Shown here: piece after piece, positions 21,702-33,772 of the stretch | How the letters are laid out: every line of letters starts with the position of its first letter | How positions within the stretch are numbered: the stretch's first letter is position 1 | Assembly (NCBI GenBank): GCA_904063045.1 | Contig: CAJFCJ010000064.1 | Location: 50,879 to 97,653, forward strand | Reading direction: 5' to 3' | Source: Dimorphilus gyrociliatus | Lineage: Eukaryota > Animalia > Annelida | DNA: 46,775 bases | The notes under the pieces: generated by a model | What the model was told of the DNA's origin: nothing | Database searches by the model: none | What the model saw: the letters and a program-made list of their open reading frames with translations, nothing else | Made by a program: the position numbers and the translations under genes

Positions 21702-22751
21702 TTAAAAAACCACATCACACAGCTGAACATTAGAAGTTGAATTGAAAATTTGTACAAAAACACTATCGCAAAATTGACTTTTACACTTACAAATAAATTG
21801 ACATTGTGTTTGACTCGACAATTGTATATCACATTTCAAAAATTGGCCTACAAAATTAGTTTCAAATTGAGGTGTTGTTGGAACATAAACAAATAAATTT
21901 TCTTCCCTTTCATCATTACAATTTAGATTTTTTCCTCTAACCTCAACTGAGAATGGTCCCAATGTCTTGTCTACATTTGGAAATGGATATCTGATACCAT
22001 TAGAAAATTCTAAAGATTCTGTACATGTAGAAGAATTTGAATCTGATAAAATGTTAAAAAGTTCTAAATTATCTTGAAAGTGAGGTTTAACTTTCAAAAC
22101 AGATTTTGAACAGGTAACCCTATTTACAGAATTTTTATTAATAGTACATGTTTGTACATGTTTACAAAGACCAGAACTGAGAATAAAATATTCACAATTA
22201 CTATTTTCTCGGCACTTTTGAAGACAAGCAGCAAAATTTTCATTTCCAGTATATAGCGCTGTCTCTGTACATTCGCCTTGTTCACAAGTGGTATAGCCAA
22301 ATCCAAATCTATCATAAGATAGCATATTTGGCATAGCCGAGGGAGCAGCTGTTGTAAAAAAAGAATTACTTTTAGGGAAACAGTATCTTCCAAGATGGGG
22401 AGTCTCTGTCATTGTAAACCCCATGCAATTATGCAATGCTAAGCAGTATTTTGCGCAATCTTCAGGATCTTCTAAATCAGGGGTTGCTACTCCAAGTGAA
22501 TCATAACCGGTCAGCATACCATGTCTATAAGTAAAGCCAGGTATACTTAATTTGGGTCTGTAGCAACCATAACCAGGCTCAAAGCAACAAAAATTTTTAC
22601 TATTACCACTTGTACATTCGTCTAGAGTTATATCATCATTTCCTATACGTATTCGTTCATGAACAACAACATTACATTGATCAGAAATGTTGAATAGACA
22701 GTTAGTCAATTGTAAAATACAAGCAAATGATAAAATTTTATAAAAAATCAT
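21702..22751 (-). CDS. Intronless secreted Cys-rich protein with PAN/apple-like repeats, 349 aa
   Basis: Signal peptide. EDCAKYCLALHNCMGF..YCFPK..SYDR and ACLQKCRENSNCEYF..C fit PAN/apple spacing. The Cys-rich C-terminal domain is unassigned. Confidence 0.7.
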   Translation of the reverse strand: MIFYKILSFACILQLTNCLFNISDQCNVVVHERIRIGNDDITLDECTSGNSKNFCCFEPGYGCYRPKLSIPGFTYRHGMLTGYDSLGVATPDLEDPEDCAKYCLALHNCMGFTMTETPHLGRYCFPKSNSFFTTAAPSAMPNMLSYDRFGFGYTTCEQGECTETALYTGNENFAACLQKCRENSNCEYFILSSGLCKHVQTCTINKNSVNRVTCSKSVLKVKPHFQDNLELFNILSDSNSSTCTESLEFSNGIRYPFPNVDKTLGPFSVEVRGKNLNCNDEREENLFVYVPTTPQFETNFVGQFLKCDIQLSSQTQCQFICKCKSQFCDSVFVQIFNSTSNVQLCDVVF

Positions 22752-23967
22752 CTCAAGCGCAACTTGTTCAAACGGCCAATGATCAATCTATGCGAGAAAT
22801 TCAGGAAATAAAAATATCGGAAAAATCTTAACGATTAATTGATCAATGAGCACTCTTTAATACTCTCTGAATTAAACAAAAAAATTCAATGAATTTTTTG
22901 TCTTTACTCCAGGAAGTAGACATCAATAGCGATTGATTTATATATATTTATTTATAAACTTAGAACAACACTCATCATTATCTGGCAACTGATCAAAAAT
23001 CATAATCAAGCTCTTCTTAGAGTATTGTTTTGTTAATTGAAAAACTTAAAAAATTGAGTTGTTCAAAGATGGAAACTTTTCAGTTGGAGAAAAATTTTTA
23101 AACAAGTTACCTATTCTGAAAGTTTTGAATTTTACTTGACTTTGTGATTTTATTGCTGCAATTTATTTATGACATTTTGTTCACAGGGATGTTCTGTCCA
23201 GGTTATGATTTGTCAAAGGACATTTTGGTAACTAATGTTTTTCACTGTCTCTATTCTTTCATTTTAAAGTGTTATCATCTCCCTCCATCTCCCTCTCTTT
23301 CTATAAATATACCTGCAAAGTTCAAAATAATAGCATATATTTTGTTTAGAAAGATTAATAATGAATCTTTGGATTGAAAATATCTTCAATCAATTTATGA
23401 AAAATTGATAGGGCTTCTTCAGTTCATTTTCTCTTCCTTATTTCTAAAATGTCAGAAATATAAAAGAGCATTCTTTAAACAGGAATACGCAAGGAATATT
23501 AATCACTGAGGTTTTCTTTTTTGGCTCTCTTGTATTGATTTAAACACATTCCCCTGACAAAACATCCCCTGACAGATTGTCTCTTAAGCTAGAAAAGTGA
23601 AACAATTTCTTTATTGTACTAAAAAATGTTACATTGACTTGCTAATCAAATATTAATATAAAAAATGTTTCAAACTTTTTTAAATGTACTTAAGATTAGA
23701 ATTATTTGGTTTGAAAAAAAAAATACTCTTTTACAGGAAGTCTTGTCCCCTTCCTGTTTTTGATATTTGGTAGCCATCTTTTTTTACTACAATGATTATT
23801 CTTGGAGCTTTAACCATTAATTCTGATTTAAAACAACGTGATTTTGATATAGATATTTCATCAAAGACTTTCATACTCCCAAAGTATTTATTTAAAAAAA
23901 GTAAGTTGTTCACTTTATCTTTATTTGACCATTGTGTCATGTCCACTTTCCAATTTTTCATCAGGTG

Positions 23968-24900
23968 ATGGCTCCTTACTGTCAAATTTGTAAATATAGC
24001 CTATTTGAAAGAAAATTCACAAGGAAATGCTCACTCTGCTCTCATCAGTTTAACTTTCAAAGAAAGTGGTCAGAATGATAAAATGACATCAGGAAAATGT
24101 TTGGCTGGCAAGTGTCTCAGTGAAATTCCAAAATCAAATTTTGCTATTCCATTTATTAATAACTGTTGTCCGACTTATTAATAGAACAAGGCAGCAGTTT
24201 AATTCTAAAGGACCAGATGGCTTATACTTCACTCTTGACAAGACTTTTATTCCAGATAATTTTCTGATAAATGATATTTGCAGAGAAAATGAAAGAATAG
24301 TTATATTCTCTACACAAAGTCAAGCCAAATTACTATCTCATAGAAAGATGTGGTTTATGGATGGAATCTTTAAATGTGTTAAGGATGCATTTTATCAGCT
24401 ATTTGTCATTTATGGATTTGTAATAAAGAACAGTGAATTGAAATAAGTTCCTTGGGTCTTTGCATTTATGAGCTCAAAATCAAAGAAAGCATATAAGCTT
24501 TTGTTCAAGGTGAGTAGGGTATTTGGTTAAAAACTATAATTGTAATATTAACAAACCAATGTTGTTTGGAAAACAGGAAATTAAAGCAATAATAGATGGT
24601 CAAACTACTGGCATTACCATTCCTAAAAACTGATGTTATCCCTGCTATCTTTGACATTCTCAGAAACACATCATCTGAGAAAAAATTCCTCAGCAAACTA
24701 ATTGACTATGTGGATAAGCAAAAATTTCTGGAGATTTCTTTGTTAGGTGTACTTGGTCAGTCTACAGAGCAACAATTACAACCAACAATGACTTGGAAGG
24801 TTGATATAATAAGTTGAATAGAAATGTATCTGCTAGAGGCTCACTCCACTTCTCAATAGATGAGTTAAAAAGAGAGCCAAATTTGATTAATCACTAAAAG
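23968..24900 (+). mobile_element. Mutator-like (MULE) transposase 1, left copy: lacks 590 bp covering the PHD end and FLYWCH, retains the decayed DDE region
   Basis: MWFMDGIFK..YQLFVIYGF..VPWVFAFM..AYKLLF, KLLALPFL..LIDYV and TTNNDLEG*YNKLN motifs, with internal stops. Confidence 0.85.
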
Positions 24901-25230
24901 AAACTTTTGAGTGATGGAAAAGTCTGCAGGCTTCAAAAGAAATGTTATGAGAGAATTGAAAGTGATATTTTCAAGTATTGGGATGAATTTAATGTTGCTT
25001 CAATGGCAGCATTACAACTATTGGATAGCATATTTAACATATATTGTTGCTTTTAATTTTACTTTAACTATCCTTCAATTTTTTTTCTATTTAAATAACT
25101 AGCCTTGGCATTTCACTTTTTTTTCAAATATATTTTCTATACTTAAATATTTTTCAAAATCATAAATAATACAGACATTTTTAATTATACTCAAAGAAAG
25201 ATTTGTCCAGCATTCATTATAAAGGATACG

Positions 25231-25423
25231 ACAGAAAATGTCCCCAAATGCATGGTTTAACCCTAACCCTAACCTAGCCCTTGTCTCTCTCTAACCTTTT
25301 TGATTACCCCTAACCCTTAGATGGAACCCTCCTAACTACAAATCAAAAGCTACTTTACTCCTGCTAACCATTTTTCAATCCAAAATCTTGCTTTCAAAAA
25401 TCTCACTTGGGGATGTTTTCTGT
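25231..25423. mobile_element. MITE-like element (~193 bp) containing CCCTAA-like repeats
   Basis: TIRs ACAGAAAATGTCCCCA / TGGGGATGTTTTCTGT (14/16 match), internal AACCCTAACCCTAACC. The right-arm copy (~43558-43633) has lost 117 bp. No TSD identified. Confidence 0.6.
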
Positions 25424-25569
25424 TGGCCCCCATTATAAATGATCAACCAATTTGTTCTGAATGCTTTAATCATCATGCAGATTTGACAACTGATCAGAAA
25501 ATCATAAGTATGTTATGCTTAATTTTCTATTTTCTCCTTTTGCCATAAGATTTCATTCTAAACTTTCAG

Positions 25570-25943
25570 AATGCCCCAGCTTCTGCCAAATACGTTTCCT
25601 GAATGCTGGAACTACTACTTGTTCACAATGCTATAAAAGATATGGTTTGAAATCTGATAAAACTTGTGCACCATGTACACCTTATTATGTTGTTTGTGGT
25701 GCTGATTTGAATGATAATCTACTTTGCTCATCTTGTGATAAGGGAACTGCACTTAACACTATAACTAAGAAATGTGATTCTTGTCCTCAGCCTGTTTTCA
25801 ATGTACTTTAAATTCTCATACCCAAAGGACATTTTGTATCAAATGCCACAATCAATATATAGATGGAACTTGTTTATCATGTCCATTGAACTGTGCTAAA
25901 TGTATAAATGATAATGGAATTGTCAAATGTTCAGAATGCCTTT
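25570..25943 (+). pseudogene. Furin-like / growth-factor-receptor Cys-rich exon fragment, frameshifted and cut off by a family A repeat
   Basis: Repeated CxxC..CxxC (CSQCYKRY..CAPC..CSSCDKG..CDSCP; CLSCPLNCAKC..CSEC). 1-bp frameshift near 25787 is present in both arms. Confidence 0.65.
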
Positions 25944-26040
25944 GTACAATTTTGGTTATATTTTAAGCTTGAACTATAGCACTTTATGCAACTTACACAT
26001 GTATCCCTCAAAACCTATGCAAGAAAATGCTATAACATTG

Positions 26041-26190
26041 CCCAGATAGCACTGATAGAGATAAGCAGACAGTTTTGTGTAGGGCGGTGTATATGCAATG
26101 TGTGGCATTAAATTTCATTAAATTATATACAGAATATTGCTATTAGTAACCTAGCAATAATATTACGGTTTATTAATATTTAAATTTATG
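26041..26190. repeat. Dispersed repeat family D (~150 bp)
   Basis: Shared CTGCTTATCT.TATCAGTGCTATCTG and GCTAGGTT.C.AATAGC. Copies at ~31735-31885, ~42790-42940 and a more diverged one at ~28385-28500. Confidence 0.6.
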
Positions 26191-27957
26191 AATTTAAACT
26201 AAAAGCAGTTCAATTAAATATCTTTTATGCTTCACTTCTAAGTTTACATTTTATTTACTATTCAGCAGTATTGTATGAGTGTGAATGTACCTGAGTGCGA
26301 ATGTACCTTTTTCTTCTTTATTACATTTATGGATTTTTCATAAATTAATTTGGTCAATGATATATAGGTATATATATTAGAAAAGGAAAAAATATTTTGT
26401 AAATGTGAATTATAATATTAAAAACTAAAATGTTGTTGAAAAGTGAGGTGGCAGCCATTTCAAAATTGGAAGAAGTAGAAACAAACTTTCACTTTGGAAG
26501 ACATATATTTACAACTTTTCATTGTCTTGATGAGATGAAACTGGAAGAGTAAGAACCTTCTAGACGAGTATGATTATCTACCACTGATTGATGAAAATAT
26601 GTTGGGTTTGTGTTTTAGCTTTTAAATGGCTACCCAGTATGGTTGACTCACCACAGTTTCATCTTCGACTTTACAAAGACTCATCAGGGTCATTCCAGAG
26701 GATAGCTTCATGTATTGCTTGCTTGAAAGGGCAGGAAATATACAGCTCTGTAATTGTCGACAACCTTGGATTTATATCTTATTATTTTGTTGTTTTGATT
26801 TTCTTGTGTTTCACAGTGGACATGTTTGTAGTTTGAATATTTCAAGACATTTTCTTTAGGATTAGGGTTAGCTATTGTTTGAATTATGTAGACTAAAGAA
26901 AGTAGAATTATATTTGTCTAAGCATTGTAACAATGATTAAATGCCTTTGAGGGAAGAATTAATCTGGAATATTGTCAGTTAGTAATTGACATAGAAACTA
27001 GAAGATACTTGCTTGAATGTGAACACTACTGTATCTTTCTTTAAAACAGTTCAAACACAGGAACATATAGATTTCTTAGGTTTTGTTTAGAAGGTTTCTT
27101 TTTAATGTTGTCTGTGGAAGGTAACTTAGATGGACAACAAAGCACACTGGCCAAATTATGCATTTGCTTTCCTTTCAAAGTAGTATAGTATGAACATAAA
27201 ATGCAATAAAAAATTGAACTGAATTCAAGTGAAAATCTTAATATTTTATTTTCTAATTCAATCAAACAGCAATGAAAAAATTATTTCAGATTAAAAATAT
27301 CAATAATTATGCCCAATACACCTTTAACTAAAACGTTTTTTCTCACACTGAGCATGTTTTTTCCCAACCTGGGATGTTATCCTTAATGTAATTATACAGC
27401 TTTTATAGTTAATACGTAATAGTTAAGTGTAGTTGGCGTTTTGAACAGGTTAATGGCCATTTTCCACAGCTGTACCCACATATAAAAGTACTGAGTTAAG
27501 TCTAGGGTTTTCTAAACAGCATCTATATCTGACTGAAGTGCACATTTGCTAATACCTGTTGACACATGGGAGTTTTTACTTCAACCAGTGCTTTGGCATA
27601 TTATTAAATGAGCAGTACAGATCACTACAATTACAACAAAAAACAATTCCTACAATTCCAACACAACAAACTACAAGAATACATATATTGTAAAAAAAGA
27701 AGTATAGATATAAAAATGTCTTTAAAAGGAGAGAGAAAGCCTTTTTTATTCATTCAATTCCTGTAACAAATGAATGAAAGACTTGTCCTGTAGTTGTTAC
27801 AACTTAGTCATTGAAACCTAATTATAGTAAATTGAAAAAAAGGTTATTCACAGAAAGAAAGGTTCAGTATGAAAAACTTCATACTTTAGCACAGGTGCAA
27901 ATATATCCCTCCCTTCACTCCAAACAATCCACTACTCTCTCAGTCAAATTATCATTT

Positions 27958-28228
27958 AGTATCTGTGTACTTTCCAAATGGTGGTAAAATATATATTTTT
28001 CATGATACAAAAGAAAATATAAGGCTATTTGGTGTATTAAAAGATGATTATTATATGCATGAAATACAATTGTATTTTAATGGACAACTCTTTCCGGTCA
28101 AACTAGATGAGATTATTTGGCAGAATAAGAATGTCATTCAGTGGATTCCTCAATCTCTTCAATTTCAAACAAAATATGGAAAACTTTCTATTAATATAAA
28201 GGATCAATTAGTATACATTTCTCTTTAA
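27958..28228 (+). CDS. Possible terminal exon of an unidentified gene (mirror 40753-41023)
   Basis: 87-codon open frame after an AG in AT-rich DNA, with protein-like composition. No recognisable motif. Confidence 0.3.
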
Positions 28229-28625
28229 TCTGAGTAGTATTGTATCTCTTCTTACCATCTTGTCTGATCTAAACCTAATTCTATTCTTCTGTTCTTTTAA
28301 ATGTTAAAATATGAAAAAAAATATAACTATACTTATACAATTGTAAACTCTTTTCTACAATAGACAAATGGTATGGCATTGGTATTACACTGTGCTGATA
28401 GAGCTAAGCAGTGTTGCCTAGTTGTGACCATATTAAGTATTTGCCCCAATATTTTATTGATTCATATATAAACATTGCTATTTACAATATTAATTGAATA
28501 ATATAGTTCATTAATATATAGATTTAATAATTTGATAGTTCTAGAACTATCTCATTTTACTGGATTTATACAATTATAATGCAGCAAAGGACAAATCTAG
28601 AAAGGATGTGACAGAAAACGTCCAT

Positions 28626-28730
28626 GAAAGAAAACATCCATAAACCGAAAGAAAACATCCATGAACTGAAAGAAAACATCCATAAAGTGAAAGAAAATGT
28701 CTGTAAACTGAAAGAAAACATCCGTGAATC
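28626..28730 (+). repeat. Five tandem 21-bp units GAAAGAAAACATCCRTRAANN, subterminal to MULE 2 (mirror 40251-40355)
   Basis: Direct reading of five head-to-tail units with no spacers. Confidence 0.9.
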
Positions 28731-29125
28731 AAAAGAACACATAAAGTAAAGAAATTTTCATGTAAATATAAATATATGTTGAAAAACAAATTAACACAAA
28801 ACTTTAAAAAAACTGGTAGAGATGAAGAAATCTTCACGAAAAGAGATACAAAATATCAACTTTCTCTTCTATTTTCACTCTCTTCAGGTAATATCAAAAT
28901 TTTTAATTTGTAGAGGTTTTTTTTGATTATTTTATTAGATTATTTTATTACTAATCAATCTAACATAAATTTAGCAATTTTATTTGTAAATGAAGTTTTT
29001 TTTCAATGTTATTGTCAAAATACTAATTGTTACATAAATAATCATAATAATGATATGACAAATTCATTTATTAATTTTAGTTTAGCTCTTCTTTTTCTCC
29101 AATATTTTAGAAAAAATATTGAATA

Positions 29126-30797
29126 ATGGACAAGTGTTCTATTTGCAATGATAAATTTGTTGGTAGGCAAATAAAAGGCCAATGCTCATTGTGTCTGCAT
29201 ATTTGTCATATAAAATGTCTGCATGGTTTGAACTATCCTCTTTTTGAAAAACATTTACTGTTTTTTTTTCTTCCAGATTCATCAACAGCATCACCACTCT
29301 GTTTTATTTGTTATAAAATAACTAAAAAAAACCTGTTTTGTGATGTTAAAGAGAATTGATGAGCCAAAAAAATGCAGGGAAAGTGTACCAATAAAAAGTA
29401 ATTCTACTGCAAAACTTAATGAGAAGGAAGAAGCAATTGTTGAATATCCAGAAAAGAATATTGAGGAGAATAACAGCATGACTGAGGAAAAATTAAAAAT
29501 TGATGAGAAAGGAGACAATAATCAAGGACAAGCAAAGAGTACTGAAGAGTTGACAGAAGAATTGAGATTATCTATATCATGGAGTAGCAATGACAATAAT
29601 GATGAAAGTATAAACACAAAGGTGGACAAAGGAAATATCATTAATGGAAGTGATATTGAATATGATAATGAAATTGAAGTTGAAAATTTTGAAACAATTC
29701 AAAATGCGTATATAGAATCTGAAAAAATTGAGGAAGAATCTTTTGAAAGTGAAACATCTGCCAAAGAAAATTCTTCTGACGATTTTCATTTTAAAATTCT
29801 GCCACATGGAAGTCAAAAAGGCAAAGACTTACTTTTTCACAAAGGTTTTTCATATAATATTAAATTAAAAACAAAAACATCTACTGTATGGACTTGTTCT
29901 GTCAGAAGCAAAAAAAGAAAATGTAAAGCAAGCATCAATCAAAAAGGAAGCAATTTTGCAATTGGGACAAACATTCATTGTCATTCACCAATAAAAAATT
30001 TAGAAACCAGGATTCATATAAGAAATGAAATCAAAGACAATTGTTCTAGTGATATAAATTCTTCAGGTAAAAGAATTGCTGAAAATGTTCTTGTCAAGTA
30101 TTCTAGTACTTCAAACTTACCAAATATAATTAATTGTAAAGAAGTGGCAAATTGGAATAGAAGGAAGAACAGGCCTATTGTCCCCAATGATAAAATATGA
30201 CATTCATTCCTCCTGAATTTTTAAAGAAGGATATAAATATAAATAATGAGAGGATCATTATCTTTGCAACAAATCATCAATTGGAGCTATTGTCAAAGGG
30301 GAAAATTTGGTACCTTGATGGTACTTTTAAGATTGCCAATGAACCTTTCATTCAAATGTACTCTATTCATGTATTTTTGAAAAAAAATGGACAGCTTAAG
30401 CAAGTTCCATTGCTTTTTTCTTTTCTGTCTTCTAAAAAAAAGAGAGCATATAAACTACTTTTCCAGGTAAGAATTACATTTCATAAATATTCTTACTAAT
30501 AAGTAATCATGTTAAATTTTTAAGGCTGTGAAGGATTTAGGTGAAAATTGTGCTCCTAAGAAATTAGTCTTAGACTATGAAAAGGGTGTTTGGAAAACTT
30601 TACAAAATATAGGGCCTGATGTTGTCTTGACGGGATGTTCATTTCATTGGTCTCAGGCAATATTTAGAAAAATTCAGGTTTATTAATTTCTAAAATTTTT
30701 AACAATCCAATTAATATTTGTTTTGTTTAAGGAACTTGGTTATAGCAGAGAATTTAGAAAAAAAGAGGGAGCTTGGGAATCCATGAGAATGATTATG
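29126..30797 (+). mobile_element. MULE transposase 2 (PHD - acidic linker - FLYWCH - DDE), frameshifted and truncated at the IR2 inner junction
   Basis: CSIC..CSLCLHICHIKC..CFIC; SQKGKDLLFHKGFSY..WTC..CKA..HCH; WYLDGTFK..QMYSIH..VPLLFSFL; LDYEKG..GCSFHWSQAI. Frameshifts near 29330 and 30197. Confidence 0.9.
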
Positions 30798-33092
30798 ATT
30801 AATGATTATTAAATTCACAACGAATAGATATTAGCATATAAAGAAAATCTTTAGACCAAAATGTCACAGACTTACTTTTAGACCAACACATGAATGAAAT
30901 ATCAAAAGAATTTTTTTTGAAAGTTATCAAAAGAAATAATTATAGAAGTATACTTTTCAGTTCAAAGCATAAGCTTAAATGATTGGCAATGTGTCAAATA
31001 TGATTCAAATAGGAATATTTGCAATAAATGTACTTTGTTGTATTGTAATTGTAGGAATTTCTGGTTCGTCACAACTGTAATCATCCTTTCCAATCATTTA
31101 CCAACTTGCCAAAGTACTCACACAAATAGAACCTTTAAAGTTCGTCCACAAATAGTCTAACAAAGGCAATTTCGGTAGAAATTAATTAACAAAACACCAG
31201 TATTTCATGCAAAGAATATGTATTGAGTAAAATGAGCTTCTAGTTCTAAACAAGCTAGTTTAAACAACTAAACTGAACTATCAACTGTTAATTTCGTAGG
31301 GTTTATATACTCTTTTAAGGGTTGATAGTTCACAAATTTCAATGTTAACAAAAACAAAAGTAACATTTGAAGACAAAGAAAAGTTGTAAATATGGTCATG
31401 TTTTTATTGTTTTCCTCTTCTAAATAATAGTTGAATTTCGAAGGTTGGAGAGTTGCATAAGATGTAACAATTTTAGTAGGACAAGTCCAACAATGAAGAA
31501 AACATGTAGATTGTATATTTGACCGTTTTTATATTCTACCTTAATAATGATATTCAATTGATTGAGTTAGTAAATTTAGCATCAGCATATGCAGAGGAAG
31601 TATATCTGATTAATGCATGTTAAAAAGAACAGTATTGTGTATACAATACTGTTGAATAGTGAATAAAATCTAAACTTAGAATTTAAGCATAATTGATAAT
31701 TAATTGAACTAGTTTTAGTTCGAAATCATAAATTTATGGATTAATAAATTGTAATATTAATGCTAGGTTGCAAATAGCAAATATTCTTTATATAATTCAA
31801 TAGGTTTTATTACTGCATAATGTGTATGCACTGCCCTATGCGAAACTAGGTCACTACTGCTTATCTTTATCAGTGCTATCTGCATAGTACAATACTGGTT
31901 CAATACTACTTCTCTATTTTAGAATATAGCTGACGAATGTATGTGTACAATAAATATCAAATATAGTCAAAAATTTTTTATAAAAAGTTATGATATTTTC
32001 CAATAACAGAGACTAAATATCTAGAAAAAGAGACAAAATGTCCTTGAAAAAGAGATGAAGTGGCCTGGAAGCTTTTTAGGATATTTTTTTATTAACAAAA
32101 TCGGAACACCACTCATTCAATAAGTGTATGTCAATTTCTGTGGTAGAGACATTGTTTTTATCTAATAACATTTCAACATGTTTCAATATCTTAGAAATGG
32201 AAATGTTAGGGTTAAGGGTTAGAATGGTTTCTACATTGCATGACAGTAATAGGCCTAAAAAAATTTGTTACAATTTAATAAAACAAAAAAGTAATGGATG
32301 ACCGAGCTGACAGTTTTCTCTTTAAAAATTGATTCCCTGTTCCTGTTTGGGTAAAACACCCCAGAAATTTAATATTTTATTAATCTTATGGATAGTCAGT
32401 TTCCCTTGCTTCCAAATGGCTTACTTATTGTTTGGTTCTATTTGGACCAATACTTACCTTCCAAATTATAAATAAATACTTCTGTTGCCAAATCATGGTT
32501 TGCACTCGATATTGACAAGTAATATTTTTTTATAATATTCATAATTTACTGTTGAAATGATCTTTAAATGGATTTCAGAAACATATGATTATTTTCTTTG
32601 GATTTCTCAATCCAAATTTTTGTCTTGAAAAGACCCCCTCAATAGACACCTGTTGTTGAAATTCATTGATTTGTGTGTTTGGAAAAGTTGTAATCATTGA
32701 AAAAATGATTTTTACCTTTATATTATTAGAAAACATTCTCTAAAGAATATGACTACAGAAGAAGAGAAAAATATTCAGAGTAGAAAAATGTCCACCAATG
32801 AAAAATTTGATTGAATATACTAAATGAAGACAAAAAAAATTTCTGAAGCAAATGCCAAAAGAAATAAAACTCTGACACTCTTAAATCAAAAGTAAAAAGA
32901 TACTGAACTCTTGTTAAGCCTATAAATTGAATAACTATTTATATGTAATCAATTAAATGTAAATAGTGTAATCAATAAATAGAGAAATATAAAAACAGAT
33001 TACAGCAACAAAATTTAGCCGAAAGACGGAGAGTTAGATAGAAAAAACTATAAAACTTAATTATTTTATCTAGGAAAGCTGCAATCAAGAAA

Positions 33093-33772
33093 ATGATTTG
33101 GCCTACTGCTACACTAATTGTATCATCATTCATCATCATCATCAGTGGTAAGGAAGTTCTCTTCTTCTACAGATTTCTTAAATATTTTAAGCATGTAATT
33201 TGGTGTTTAGATTGTTCATTGAATCATTGTTGTCGGACTGGTTTCTCTTTAAAAGGGAAAGGCTGCTATAAAATTTTCAATATCTTGTCCACTGGTGATG
33301 AAGCTAAACAATCATGTGAAAGTCAGGGCTATACTCTAGCTGGTTTTTATCTTCAAGAGAATTACGAAGCTGTAATGTCATGGTTTAATTCTGGAGGTGG
33401 TATTTTCTTTTCTTTTGAGTCTAGACTAACTTTCCTTGCAGAGAAATAATGAAATTGATATATTTCCATTCAGCAATTGACAGCAGATGCATATTAAATG
33501 GAGCATATGATCATTCAAAAAACCTTTGGTTCTGGCAAACAAGAATTGGCCCTGTTGAAGTTAACTTTACTTGGGCACATTTCGCTAACAGTGAACCAAA
33601 TGGTGTTAGTTAATCAACCATTTAAAATTTTTTAATTTTCTTCAAGCTTCTTACCTGTTGCAGATTAATCTCCCGCATTATCTTGCTGTTTATAGAAATC
33701 CACATTATGCCGATTATGGACTCGATGATTATGAAAAAACGTCTTCGGCATCATTTTTCCTCTGTGAAGATG
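33093..33772 (+). CDS. Secreted C-type lectin domain protein (at least 4 exons, 3' end not resolved)
   Basis: Exons 33093-33147, 33211-33396, 33474-33602 and 33647-33772 are in phase. CRTGF..GCYK..EAKQSC..GYTLA; GAYD..WFW..W..SEPN; FFLCE. Confidence 0.8.

Larger units (their letters stand above)
22029..30797. repeat. IR2 left arm (may extend further left; its partner runs off the window)
   Basis: Reverse complement of 38254-46775. Mirror sums 68804-68806, 68864, 68981 and 69051 are fully explained by four indels (590, 676-27, 117 and ~78-6 bp). Confidence 0.97.

Noticed and set aside
25257-25280. Telomere healing site or chromosome end
   Set aside because: Only two to three units, internal to a TIR-bounded element and present in both arms.
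28626-28730. 21-bp repeat array as CRISPR
   Set aside because: Units are head to tail with no unique spacers, there are no cas genes, and the context is eukaryotic.
32400-32520. Hydrophobic frame LPNGLLIVLVLFGPILTFQII..WFALDIDK as a gene exon
   Set aside because: Too short, with no family motif and no consistent neighbouring exons.
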